From contig JBDTNQ010000002.1 of the NCBI GenBank assembly GCA_039933635.1, positions 41,560 through 105,559 of the forward strand: 64,000 nucleotides of DNA, read 5' to 3'. The DNA comes from Acidobacteriota bacterium (GTDB lineage: Bacteria > Acidobacteriota > Vicinamibacteria > Vicinamibacterales > SCN-69-37). Positions 37,388-46,402 of the stretch are shown in pieces (positions within the stretch are counted from its first letter, which is position 1; each line of letters begins with the position of its first letter). The notes under the pieces were generated by a model that worked only from the letters and a program-made list of their open reading frames with translations, did no database searches and was not told where the DNA came from. The position numbers and the translations under genes were made by a program.

Positions 37388-38218
37388 TCAATGAGGCCGG
37401 GTCTCCGCCAGGAGGCCGGACGCCCGATCTCTTGAAATGGCCTCCACTTCGGCCGCGGTGAGGCGACGATAGCTCGGCGCGGCGCGTCTGGATGCTCGCC
37501 ACTTGAGGGCGTACAGATCCCGGAGCTGGTAGAGGTAACCCGAGGCCTCGCGCATGCTCATCTTGCTCTCGCCGAGCTCGCGATCGTCGAATCGGTAGGG
37601 CAGCTCCACGAGGGTGTGCGGCGCGCCGCGTACGATGAGTTCGAGGCAGATCTTGAAACCGCCAGCCTTGATGGCCACGCCACGGGCGATGCTCCGGCGG
37701 ATGAGAAAAAATCCCGACGCGGCGTCGCGAATGGGCGAGAGACCTCGCGCCAGCACACACCCGAGCCGCGAAAGAAGTCGACGCTTGAAAGGCCAGTCGG
37801 GTGTGCTGCCACCAGGCACGTAGCGGCTGGCCACCAGCACATCGGCATCGGTCGCGCGAAAGGCCGCGAGCATCTTCGGGACCAGCGAGGGCGGATGGGA
37901 GAAGTCCGCGTCCATGACTCCGAACGTCTCCGCCGACGCCACGCCGAACCCCGCCACGACCGCGGTACCCAGGCCGAGCTTGCCGGAGCGGTGCACGATC
38001 GTCATCCGGTGCGTGCGCGCCAATTCGTCGGCCAGTGCGCCGGTACCATCGGGCGAATTGTCGTCGACGATCACGACTTCGAGATCGATCGCCGCGGCCG
38101 ACGCCGCACCGAACAGCGCCTGCATCAGCTCAGCCAGTCGATCGCGCTCGTTGTATGTCGGAATGACGATCGACACGTCTGGCGCCGGTCTGTCTGCCAC
38201 GTGAGCACTATAATTCAT
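37388..38218 (-). CDS. GT2 polyprenyl-phosphate glycosyltransferase (Dpm1-like); the only minus-strand gene in the cluster
   Basis: VSIVIPTYNERDRLAEL, VIVDDNSPDGTG and VMDADFSHPP motifs. An alternative GTG start lies at 38199. Confidence 0.8.
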   Translation of the reverse strand: MNYSAHVADRPAPDVSIVIPTYNERDRLAELMQALFGAASAAAIDLEVVIVDDNSPDGTGALADELARTHRMTIVHRSGKLGLGTAVVAGFGVASAETFGVMDADFSHPPSLVPKMLAAFRATDADVLVASRYVPGGSTPDWPFKRRLLSRLGCVLARGLSPIRDAASGFFLIRRSIARGVAIKAGGFKICLELIVRGAPHTLVELPYRFDDRELGESKMSMREASGYLYQLRDLYALKWRASRRAAPSYRRLTAAEVEAISRDRASGLLAETRPH

Positions 38219-38237
38219 GCGTCATGCGCATCCCCGT

Positions 38238-39860
38238 ATGAGCCGGTCTGTCGCAACGGGTTCGGCGCGTGCCGCGCCGTACTGGGGTCTGGTCGTCCTT
38301 GTCCTGCTCGGACTCCGACTGCCGGCCATCGTCGAACCCGCGGGCAACGATCAGAGCCTCTACATGTACGTCGCGGACCAGGTGCGCCACGGCGGCGTGC
38401 CGTACGTGGACGCGTGGGATCAGAAACCGCCGGCCATCTTCTTTCTGTACGCGGCGGTGCGATCCGTCTGGGCCCACCAGTCTGCGGTCGCCATTGCGGA
38501 CGTTCTGGCCGCGGGGGCGATCGCGGCGCTGTTGTTCGTCGTCGGACGCCGGACGATCGGCGGACACGGCGGCGGTGTGGCGGCAGCCGTCTTTACGCTC
38601 TTCAGTCATCCCTCGTTGGGGCGGCTCAGCGGCGTGTACCTGCGCGGCCAGTGCGAGGTCTTCATCGCGCTGGCAGTGACGACGGCCTTGGCGCTGAGTT
38701 GGCGTCGGAATCACCGCGCGGCGGATCTTGTCCTGGCAGGCGTGGCGCTGGGCGTGGCCTTCTGGTTGAAATACAACGCGCTCGCGTACGCCGTGCCGCT
38801 GTTGTTCGTGCTCATGATGCGGGACGAACGGGGCCCCGGACGGTGGCCAGGGATCGTGAGACATATCGGATGGGTCGCAGGCGGCGCGCTGACGGTTAGT
38901 GCGATCGTACTGTTTTTTTTCGCCGCGCACGGCGCGCTCGGGGCGTTGTGGCTCGCCACGATCGACTACAACCTGCGGTATTCCAGCGAAACGTACACCT
39001 CGGGTGCGGGCGGGGCGCTCCGCTATGCGATCGGGCTGCCACTCGAGCGCGGCGGAGCCGACATGCTCTGGTTTCTGGGTCTCACGGGCGCCATGTGCCT
39101 GGCCGTGGTCGGCTGGCGGCGTCATCGCGCGCTCACGGTCGTAGTGCTCGCGTGGCTGGCGGCGTCCCTCCTCTCGATTCTCGTGAACGGCGCGCGCAAT
39201 CTTCCTCAGTACTTCGTGCAGGCCGCACCAGCCCTGGCGCTGGCGTGCGCGGCCGGTCTCACGCTGATGTGGCGTCGTGGACGTCTGGGCCAGGCGATCG
39301 TGGCGATCATCGTGGTGGCTGGCCTGTGGCGTGTGGGCGTGGATCCGCCGTCGGCGGCTGGATTTCGCTGGGCCGAGCTCCCCCAACTCGCCGACAACAT
39401 CGCCTTCGACGTGAGCTACCTCAGGGGGCGCATCGACAAGACCACGTTTCTGGCCCGGTTCAAAGGGGCCCAGAAATATGACGCCACCGCGGTCGATGCC
39501 CTCGCCAGTTACGTCGTCCAGACCACGAAAGATGATGACCGGATCCTGGTGTTTGGTTTCGCGCCGGCGGTCTATCTTCAGAGTCATCGCTCGAGCGCAT
39601 CGCGATTTTTTTGGAGCCGGCCGGTCGTCGTCGAATTCGCGTCGGATGATGAAGGCTACGGATCGCGCGGCCTGTTGGCCGATCTGACCCGGACGCGCCC
39701 GGCCGTCATCGCCCTGCAGAAACAGGACTGGGGTCCGATGGATCCCAATTCGGAGGCGTTCTTCCTTGGCCATGCGGCTCTTCACGCATGGCTCGTGGCG
39801 GAGTACGAACTCGATCGGGACACGCCGATCTTCTCCGTGTGGCGACGGCGGTCCTCATGA
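38238..39860 (+). CDS. GT-C fold membrane glycosyltransferase (ArnT-like)
   Basis: Motif AGNDQSLYMYVADQVRHGGVPYVDAWDQKPP, multi-TM. The longest ORF begins at 38217, overlapping the divergent start codon, so ATG 38238 is preferred. The start remains uncertain. Confidence 0.65.
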   Translation: MSRSVATGSARAAPYWGLVVLVLLGLRLPAIVEPAGNDQSLYMYVADQVRHGGVPYVDAWDQKPPAIFFLYAAVRSVWAHQSAVAIADVLAAGAIAALLFVVGRRTIGGHGGGVAAAVFTLFSHPSLGRLSGVYLRGQCEVFIALAVTTALALSWRRNHRAADLVLAGVALGVAFWLKYNALAYAVPLLFVLMMRDERGPGRWPGIVRHIGWVAGGALTVSAIVLFFFAAHGALGALWLATIDYNLRYSSETYTSGAGGALRYAIGLPLERGGADMLWFLGLTGAMCLAVVGWRRHRALTVVVLAWLAASLLSILVNGARNLPQYFVQAAPALALACAAGLTLMWRRGRLGQAIVAIIVVAGLWRVGVDPPSAAGFRWAELPQLADNIAFDVSYLRGRIDKTTFLARFKGAQKYDATAVDALASYVVQTTKDDDRILVFGFAPAVYLQSHRSSASRFFWSRPVVVEFASDDEGYGSRGLLADLTRTRPAVIALQKQDWGPMDPNSEAFFLGHAALHAWLVAEYELDRDTPIFSVWRRRSS

Positions 39861-41581
39861 CGCGACGGACCTTTGCGGCGGTCCTCCTCGCCATCTTCGC
39901 GATCGCGTCCCTCATGCGTATCGCGTGGCTGCGCGCGGATCCGCCTACGCTGGATGCCGTCGGCATCGTCTGGCACGATGAGGGCGCGTGGGTCCACAAC
40001 GCGCGCAATCGCGCGCTGTGGGGCACGTGGCGGACCGACAACTGGAATCCGGTGTTCATCGCACCGGTGTTCACCGCACTCGAGTACGGATCGTTCCGCG
40101 CGTTCGGCGTGGGGACCTGGCAGGCGCGGGTGGTCCCGGTCGCGTCCGGCCTGCTGGCCATCTTCGCCCTCATCGCGGGCCTCGTGACGCTCGTCGAGCG
40201 CCGAGCAGCCCTGCTTGGCGGCGCGCTCCTCGCGACCAACTACGCGTTCGTCATGTGGAATCGCGCGGCGCTCATGGAATCCACGATGACCGCCTGCATC
40301 GTCGTGGCGTGGGCGGCCTACGCATCGAGCGCGCGAAAGCCGTCAATAGCCGCCGTGGCCGGCGTCGCGGCCGTGGCCGCGTGGTTCACCAAGGCATCGG
40401 CCGCGTTCTTCGTCGCGGCACTCGCACTCGATGCCACCGTCACGCTCGTGCGAGGGTGGCAATCACGCGGACACCCCGATCCCGGCCTCGACAGGCGCGC
40501 GGCCTGGTGGACACTGGCTGGCCTCACCGCCGCATTCGCCATCGTCGGCGCCCTATTCGTCGCCCCCCATTGGACGGACTACCAGTTCTACAACTGGCAG
40601 ATGACGGTGACGCGCAAGCCGTCGTACTCGCTCCACGACCTGGCGGTTCGCGCCTCGTGGCTGCCATTCGTCCAGGGCATCTTCAGCCGCATGTGGTTCG
40701 TCCTCCTGCTGGCAGCCGTCGGGATCGTCGGGGTCGTCACGCGATGGACGTCCGCTCGCCCGGCCGAACGTCTGCTCGTGTTCTGGGTCTTCATTGGACT
40801 GGCCGAACTCGTCGTCCACGACTCGGGCAACGAGCGGCGGTACGTCATGTTCATTCCGGCCTTCACGGCCTTGGCGTCGATGGTCGTGAGCTGGGCGATG
40901 GCCGCAGGTCCCACGACGCGTCGTCTCCTGCGGTCGCCGGCGCTTGTGGCGGTCGTCGTCCTACCGCTGGCGTTCCTCGTGATCGGCAGCGCCGTGCGGA
41001 CGGTGTTGATCCATCAAATCGAAGCGAACGATTTCAAGCTTGCCGTAAGGCTCTCGGCCGCTCTCGCCGTGGTGACGGCGGCCCTCGCGGCCTGGCTGGC
41101 CTCTCGCGACCGCCTGGCCGTGCGGCCGTTGCCGGTCCATGCGCTCAGCACGGCCTGCTGCCTGCTGGCGCTGGGCTGGAACACGTTCGAGTACGGCAGA
41201 TGGGTCTCCCATCGCACGCAGGAAAACTCCGACGCCTCGCGGGCGCTCGGTCAGCTGCTGCCTGCCGGAACCGTCGTGCAGGGCAAGCTCGCAAATGGCA
41301 TGTCGCTCGAAAACCGGATCCGTCCGATCTTCGTGGGGAACGGCTTCGGTAACTACGACGACCGCCTCCGCCGCGACGATGCGCGCTATATACTGACCTA
41401 CGATTTGCCCCAGATCGGCTACGAAAGCTCCGTCAACTCAGGTTTGATCCAGGGCATTCTCGACCACTATCCTCGACGCCGGGTGATTGCCACCTTCGTC
41501 GTGGACGAAACACCGGGCCCCGATCGGGCGGTGCTCATCGACAAGGAACCTGACGGCCTGCCGGCGCATGCGCGAGATTAG
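39857..41581 (+). CDS. GT-C fold membrane glycosyltransferase (PMT_2-like)
   Basis: ATGA-coupled start MTRRTFAAVLLAIFAIASLMRIAW. First-loop motif VWHDEGAWVHNARNRALWG. Multi-TM with a hydrophilic C-terminus. Confidence 0.65.
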   Translation: MTRRTFAAVLLAIFAIASLMRIAWLRADPPTLDAVGIVWHDEGAWVHNARNRALWGTWRTDNWNPVFIAPVFTALEYGSFRAFGVGTWQARVVPVASGLLAIFALIAGLVTLVERRAALLGGALLATNYAFVMWNRAALMESTMTACIVVAWAAYASSARKPSIAAVAGVAAVAAWFTKASAAFFVAALALDATVTLVRGWQSRGHPDPGLDRRAAWWTLAGLTAAFAIVGALFVAPHWTDYQFYNWQMTVTRKPSYSLHDLAVRASWLPFVQGIFSRMWFVLLLAAVGIVGVVTRWTSARPAERLLVFWVFIGLAELVVHDSGNERRYVMFIPAFTALASMVVSWAMAAGPTTRRLLRSPALVAVVVLPLAFLVIGSAVRTVLIHQIEANDFKLAVRLSAALAVVTAALAAWLASRDRLAVRPLPVHALSTACCLLALGWNTFEYGRWVSHRTQENSDASRALGQLLPAGTVVQGKLANGMSLENRIRPIFVGNGFGNYDDRLRRDDARYILTYDLPQIGYESSVNSGLIQGILDHYPRRRVIATFVVDETPGPDRAVLIDKEPDGLPAHARD

Positions 41582-42404
41582 AGACGACCTCATCAAGGCT
41601 CACGCCGACCGGCGGTTCCGATCCGAATATGACTACGCGTTGTTCGAGTACTACCGCAGCGCCAAGGTCATCAAGTTTCTCGATCGCGCAGGGGTCAATA
41701 TTGGCGGGCGTGTGCTCGATGCGGGCTGCGGCGGTGGCGGCATGCCGTTGTCCCTCGCGGAACATGCGCAGGAGGTGGTGGGCATCGATCCCTTCAACCG
41801 GTTCGGCGAGGCCGGCGTGCGGCTGGCGCGCGAACGCGGCGTGCACTCGCTCCATTTTGCGCTCGCGGATGGCATGGCCCTCCCGTTTGCCGATGGCGCG
41901 TTCGACCTCGTGCTCTCGCACGCCGTCATCGAGCACGTCGCCGACGCCCCCTTGTATCTGCGCGAGTGTCGGCGCGTGCTGGCGCCCGGAGGCCGCTTCT
42001 ATTTGTCGACGGCGCCGTATCTGTCGTTTGCCGGCGCCCACCTGCCACGGCTGAAGGTGCCAGTGCCATTGCATTTGATCGCCGGCCGCGCCATCGCGTT
42101 TCGCACCTTCCGTGTGCTCGCGCGCCGTGCGCCCTGGATGCTGCGGGAGCCGGCGCACGAGAACTCGTTCATCCGCGACGCGCGGCTGGGCATCGACAAG
42201 CACGATGACCTGCTCGAGAAGGTCCGGGTGACACGCTTGCGCCGACAAATCGCGTCGGCGGGCCTCCAGGTCGTCCGCGAGGAACTGCACGTCACGTCCA
42301 CGGTGCGCCGGATGCCGGCGCCAATCGCGCGGTGGATTCGTGACAGCCCGCTGACGCAGGACGCGCTGATCAGTAATATCGAGTACGTGCTCGGCGCGGC
42401 CTGA
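41568..42404 (+). CDS. class I SAM-dependent methyltransferase
   Basis: VLDAGCGGGGMPLSLAE and LVLSHAVIEHVAD. Trimmed from ORF 41487. Confidence 0.75.
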   Translation: MREIRDDLIKAHADRRFRSEYDYALFEYYRSAKVIKFLDRAGVNIGGRVLDAGCGGGGMPLSLAEHAQEVVGIDPFNRFGEAGVRLARERGVHSLHFALADGMALPFADGAFDLVLSHAVIEHVADAPLYLRECRRVLAPGGRFYLSTAPYLSFAGAHLPRLKVPVPLHLIAGRAIAFRTFRVLARRAPWMLREPAHENSFIRDARLGIDKHDDLLEKVRVTRLRRQIASAGLQVVREELHVTSTVRRMPAPIARWIRDSPLTQDALISNIEYVLGAA

Positions 42405-42427
42405 CGGCCGCACCCAGCCATCGCCTC

Positions 42428-43471
42428 ATGGCAGACATCGACCGCTATCGTTCGGAGGATCGACGACAACTCGAAGCGCTGTACCGGCGCGTCTTCGGCC
42501 CGGATGCGGCCGAAGCCAGCCGGCTGCGCTGGGAATGGCAGTACCGGCGCAATCCGAACGTGCCGCTCGCCGGTCCGCAGATCTGGATTGCGCGCGAAGG
42601 CAGCACGATCATCGGGCAATACGCCACGATGCCCGTAAAACTCTCCGTCAAGGGCCTCGACATCGAGGCGTCGTGGGGCATGGATGTCATGGTCACCCCC
42701 GAGCGCCAGCGCCAGGGCCTCGGCGATGGGTTGTTCAGGACCTGGGATCGCCACACCGGTGCCGCGCTGGGACTGGGCCTCTCCGAGTCGTCGTATCGCC
42801 TCTTTCAGAAGATGCAGTGGCCGGACGTCGGCCCGGTGCCATGTCTGGTGAAGCCCCTGAGCCGGCGCGCGTTTCGTAGACCCACATGGCCGGTTGCGGT
42901 GAACCGCCTCGTGTCCTACGTCACGCTGCCGGTCGTCCGCCTCGTCTCGCGCGCGAAGCCCCTGCAGGGCGAAGTGCAGGTCATCCGACATTTCGGCGAC
43001 GGCTTCACACGGTTGTGGGATCGGATTGCGCCGAAGTTCGGGGTCGCCGTTCGTCGCGATGCCGCATACCTGAACTGGAAGTACATCCAGACGCCTCACG
43101 TGCGTTACGCCGTGGTGGCGCTGATGCGTGACGGCGAGCCCCAGGGCTACGCCGTCTACCGCCACCTGCAGGAACCGCGCGGGCGCGTGACGTTGCTCGT
43201 GGATTTCCTCACGGACCCCGACGACGAGGCGGGTCTGCTGACGTTGCTCCGCTGGGTCGATCGTGAAGCGAGGGCGGCCGATTCCGACAAGATCCGCGCG
43301 TTCGTCCTGCACGACGGGTTCCGCAAGCTCCTGAGGAAATCCGGATACTTCCAGGTGAAGTCCACGATGGACTTCGTCGCGAAGATCAACGCCGTCGTCG
43401 TGCCGGACGCGTTCTACAAGACGACGGCCGACTGGCACGTCACGCTGGGCGATTCCGACCAGGATCGATGA
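42428..43471 (+). CDS. GNAT-family acetyltransferase (two-domain type)
   Basis: Acetyl-CoA-binding-like motif VTPERQRQGLGDGLF in an N-terminal GNAT fold. 347 aa. Confidence 0.6.
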   Translation: MADIDRYRSEDRRQLEALYRRVFGPDAAEASRLRWEWQYRRNPNVPLAGPQIWIAREGSTIIGQYATMPVKLSVKGLDIEASWGMDVMVTPERQRQGLGDGLFRTWDRHTGAALGLGLSESSYRLFQKMQWPDVGPVPCLVKPLSRRAFRRPTWPVAVNRLVSYVTLPVVRLVSRAKPLQGEVQVIRHFGDGFTRLWDRIAPKFGVAVRRDAAYLNWKYIQTPHVRYAVVALMRDGEPQGYAVYRHLQEPRGRVTLLVDFLTDPDDEAGLLTLLRWVDREARAADSDKIRAFVLHDGFRKLLRKSGYFQVKSTMDFVAKINAVVVPDAFYKTTADWHVTLGDSDQDR

Positions 43472-44469
43472 CGGGTCACGAGCCCCCCGCGCTGCTCGTC
43501 GCCATCGACACCGAAGGCGACAACCAGTGGGACCGCGAGGCGCGGCGGCATCAGACGTTCGCCAACACCCGCGCCCTGGAACGATTGCACGAGTTCTTCG
43601 TTCGGCACCGCATCCGCCCGACGTACGTCGTGACCTATCCCGTCGTGCGTGACGCGGAGTCGGCGGCGGCGCTTCGGCGGATCCTGGCGCACGGAGACGC
43701 CGAGATCGGCGCGCACCACCACGCCTGGGAAACGCCGCCATGCGAGCCGGCCGATGTCGACAGGCACACCTACGCGCTGGCGCTGTCACTCGCGCAGTTC
43801 GATGCGCAACTTGCGGCACTCACAGGGGCCATCACCGACGCCGTGGGCGTCGCGCCCGTCTCGTATCGCTCGGGCCGTTTCGGCTTTGCGGCCGAGCACG
43901 TATCGTCGCTGGAGCGTCACGGTTACCGGATCGATTCGAGCGTCACGCCGCTCTTCTACGAGGCGCACAAGGGTGGCCCGGACTTCGTCGGCGCGCCGCT
44001 CGAGCCGTATTACCTGTCGTACGATTCGGCGACGCGTGCCGGATCGAGCCGCATCCTGGAATTGCCCGTGTCGGCGGCGCTCAATCGTCGCGTGCCTGCG
44101 TGGGTCGAGGCCGTCTACGGCCGCCTCCCGTGGCCGTACACGACCAAACGGATCCTGCGCCTTTCACGGATGGCCACCGTGCGATCGCTCCGACCGTCCT
44201 ACACATCCGCGGATGACATGATCGCGCTCGCGCGCGATCTCGTGCGGCGGCGCGTGCCGCTCCTGAATCTGCTCTTCCACTCGAGCGAAGTGATCGCGGG
44301 CGGCAGCCCCTACAATCGCACCGAGAAAGACGTCACGGCCTTTTACGAGCGGCTCGCGCTGTTCTTCACGACGACGATCGACGCGCTCGGCGCCGTGCCG
44401 ATGACGTTCCGCGAGTTCGGCAACCGCCATGGCGCCACGGCCGTTGCCGACCAGCGCCTGGCCGTCTGA
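43468..44469 (+). CDS. polysaccharide deacetylase-like (CE4/WalW-like) protein
   Basis: LLVAIDTEGDNQW and the His cluster EIGAHHHAWE suggest the glycoside hydrolase/deacetylase beta/alpha-barrel superfamily. ATGA coupling. Confidence 0.5.
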   Translation: MTGHEPPALLVAIDTEGDNQWDREARRHQTFANTRALERLHEFFVRHRIRPTYVVTYPVVRDAESAAALRRILAHGDAEIGAHHHAWETPPCEPADVDRHTYALALSLAQFDAQLAALTGAITDAVGVAPVSYRSGRFGFAAEHVSSLERHGYRIDSSVTPLFYEAHKGGPDFVGAPLEPYYLSYDSATRAGSSRILELPVSAALNRRVPAWVEAVYGRLPWPYTTKRILRLSRMATVRSLRPSYTSADDMIALARDLVRRRVPLLNLLFHSSEVIAGGSPYNRTEKDVTAFYERLALFFTTTIDALGAVPMTFREFGNRHGATAVADQRLAV

Positions 44470-44479
44470 TCGCGCCCGC

Positions 44480-45628
44480 ATGCGCATCTGTCACGTCTCG
44501 CCGCACCTGCCGCCGGATCAGGCCGCCAATGCACTCCTCCCTGCACAGCTGGGGACCTGGAGTCACACCGCCGGCGCGGACGTCTCGTTCATCACCCAGC
44601 CGCCGAGTCAGGGCCGCGGCACGAGCGAACCCCTGCCAGGACCGGTCCGACGAGTCGTCACGCGATCAGGCTCCCGGCTGCAGCATCTGCTCCGGATCGA
44701 CACGCTCCGGCGAAGCCGCTCGACGATCAGCGCGTTGCGTGAGCTCGCGGCGGATGCCGATCTGCTTCACCTGCACAGCAACGGTCTGATCATCGAGGTC
44801 GCCGCAGCGTGGGCGCGACGACGCGGCGTGCCGTACGTGCTGACGCTGTACGGCACGGAGATCTGGCACTACCGCCGGCGATGGCCGATCGACCCTTTCA
44901 CGAAGGCGTACCACGGTGCGGCAGAGGTCACGTTCTACAGCGATCGCCTGATGAACCGCGCGCATGACCTCGGGCTGTCGCGTCCTGGCTTGTCCGTGGT
45001 CTATCCAGCGGTATCTCCTTCGTTCGTTGGCGTCGATGGGATCACGCGCGACGCGTGGCGCACCGAACTCGGCATTGCCGAACCGCACGTGCTGCTCAAC
45101 GTGAAGCGTCTTCACCCGCTGGCGGGCCAGTCGGTGCTCATCGATGCGTTTGCGCGCGTCGCGCGCGGACGATCCGACGTCCGGCTCGTCATCTGCGGCA
45201 CTGGCCCGCTGCGCGGCGACCTCGAGGCTCAGGCCGTGCGACTGGGTGTCGCCTCCCGGATCACCTTTGCCGGCCTCGTGCCGAACACCGAGGTCGCGCG
45301 CTACGCCGCCATCGCCGATGTGTTCGTCCTCCCGTCGCTGCTCGAAGCGTTGCCGACCGTAGCCGTCGAGGCCCTGGCCGCCGGTACACCTGTCGTCTCC
45401 GCCGATCATCCCGGCGGTCAGGAACTCCACGCGCTGTTCGGCGATGATGTGGAGGTCGTGCCGAAGCAGAATGCGGATCTCCTCGCGGAGGCATTGACCG
45501 CTCGACTGCAGGCCCCGCGCCGGACTCACGCTGATACCGCCCGCATCGTCCGCGAACGTTTCAGCCCTGAAGCGGTGAGGGAGGCCTACGACGAGGTGTA
45601 TCAGCGGGTCAGGGGCGACGCGGTCTAG
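44480..45628 (+). CDS. GT4-family glycosyltransferase
   Basis: MRICHVSPHLPPDQAANA and SLLEALPTVAVEALAAGTPVVSADHPGG. Trimmed from ORF 44429. Confidence 0.8.
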   Translation: MRICHVSPHLPPDQAANALLPAQLGTWSHTAGADVSFITQPPSQGRGTSEPLPGPVRRVVTRSGSRLQHLLRIDTLRRSRSTISALRELAADADLLHLHSNGLIIEVAAAWARRRGVPYVLTLYGTEIWHYRRRWPIDPFTKAYHGAAEVTFYSDRLMNRAHDLGLSRPGLSVVYPAVSPSFVGVDGITRDAWRTELGIAEPHVLLNVKRLHPLAGQSVLIDAFARVARGRSDVRLVICGTGPLRGDLEAQAVRLGVASRITFAGLVPNTEVARYAAIADVFVLPSLLEALPTVAVEALAAGTPVVSADHPGGQELHALFGDDVEVVPKQNADLLAEALTARLQAPRRTHADTARIVRERFSPEAVREAYDEVYQRVRGDAV

Positions 45629-45705
45629 GGGCTGGCTCCCAACGCCGGTGTTGAAGCGCGACACCGGTGTCGTTCGGCCTTCGTGTTTGCCGCTATCCTT
45701 GTCCT

Positions 45706-46158
45706 ATGCCCTCACTCCTTGAACAGATCACCCACGCCATTGGCGACGCCATGAAAAAGAAGGACCAGGTGTCGCTCGGACCGCTGCGCATGCTCAAAGC
45801 GGCCTTAATGAACAAGGAGCTCGAGAAGGGGCGGGCGCTGGACGCGGGGGAATCCATCCAGGTCGTGAACGCGCTCGTGAAGCAGCGCCGGGACGCGGTG
45901 GAACAGTTCCGTGCGGGCAACCGGCCGGAGCTGGCGGACAAGGAGCAGGCGGAGATCGTATTCCTGCAGCAGTACCTGCCCCCGGCGGCCGACGACCAGG
46001 CCATTGCCGCCGCTATCGAGGCGGCTGTTCAGGAAACCGCCGCCGCGGGCCCCAAGGACATGGGCAAAGTGATGAAGGCCGTGACGGGCAAGCTGGCCGG
46101 CCAGACGGTCGATGGCAAGGCCCTGAGCGAGGCCGTGAAGAATCGTCTGGCGCGCTGA
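45706..46158 (+). CDS. yqeY: GatB/YqeY domain-containing protein
   Basis: MPSLLEQITHAIGDAMKKKDQVSLGPLRMLKAALMNKE...RPELADKEQAEI, typical of the YqeY family. Confidence 0.8.
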   Translation: MPSLLEQITHAIGDAMKKKDQVSLGPLRMLKAALMNKELEKGRALDAGESIQVVNALVKQRRDAVEQFRAGNRPELADKEQAEIVFLQQYLPPAADDQAIAAAIEAAVQETAAAGPKDMGKVMKAVTGKLAGQTVDGKALSEAVKNRLAR

Positions 46159-46241
46159 ACGAGCCGGCAAACTTTCTCCCACATCTCGCGTCTAAGACTG
46201 ATGAAAGGCACGTAACGCCTCTCATCCATCCTCCGGGCCGG

Positions 46242-46280
46242 GGCCCTCAATCGCAGGGGATTGAGGGCCTCGTTTAATTT
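46242..46280 (+). terminator. candidate Rho-independent terminator downstream of yqeY
   Basis: 11-bp perfect stem ggccctcaatc / gattgagggcc with a 6-nt loop, followed by the T-rich tract tcgtttaattt. Confidence 0.5.
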
Positions 46281-46402
46281 CAGGCCGCACGCCAGTGCCG
46301 TCGGTCGGCACGACCAAGCGTCAACCTTCATTCCAAAGAACCTGTGGCTGCCGGCCACGGCGGCCTGCAGACTGCAGCCCGCAGCCTGTACCATGTCGCT
46401 GA

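Noticed and set aside
46281-46402. Possible riboswitch or sRNA in the 244-bp yqeY-murJ intergenic region (short hairpin gtgccg/cggcac, repeated ctgcag palindromes)
   Set aside because: I recognise no known riboswitch consensus or conserved structure. The features are short enough to occur by chance in GC-rich DNA.
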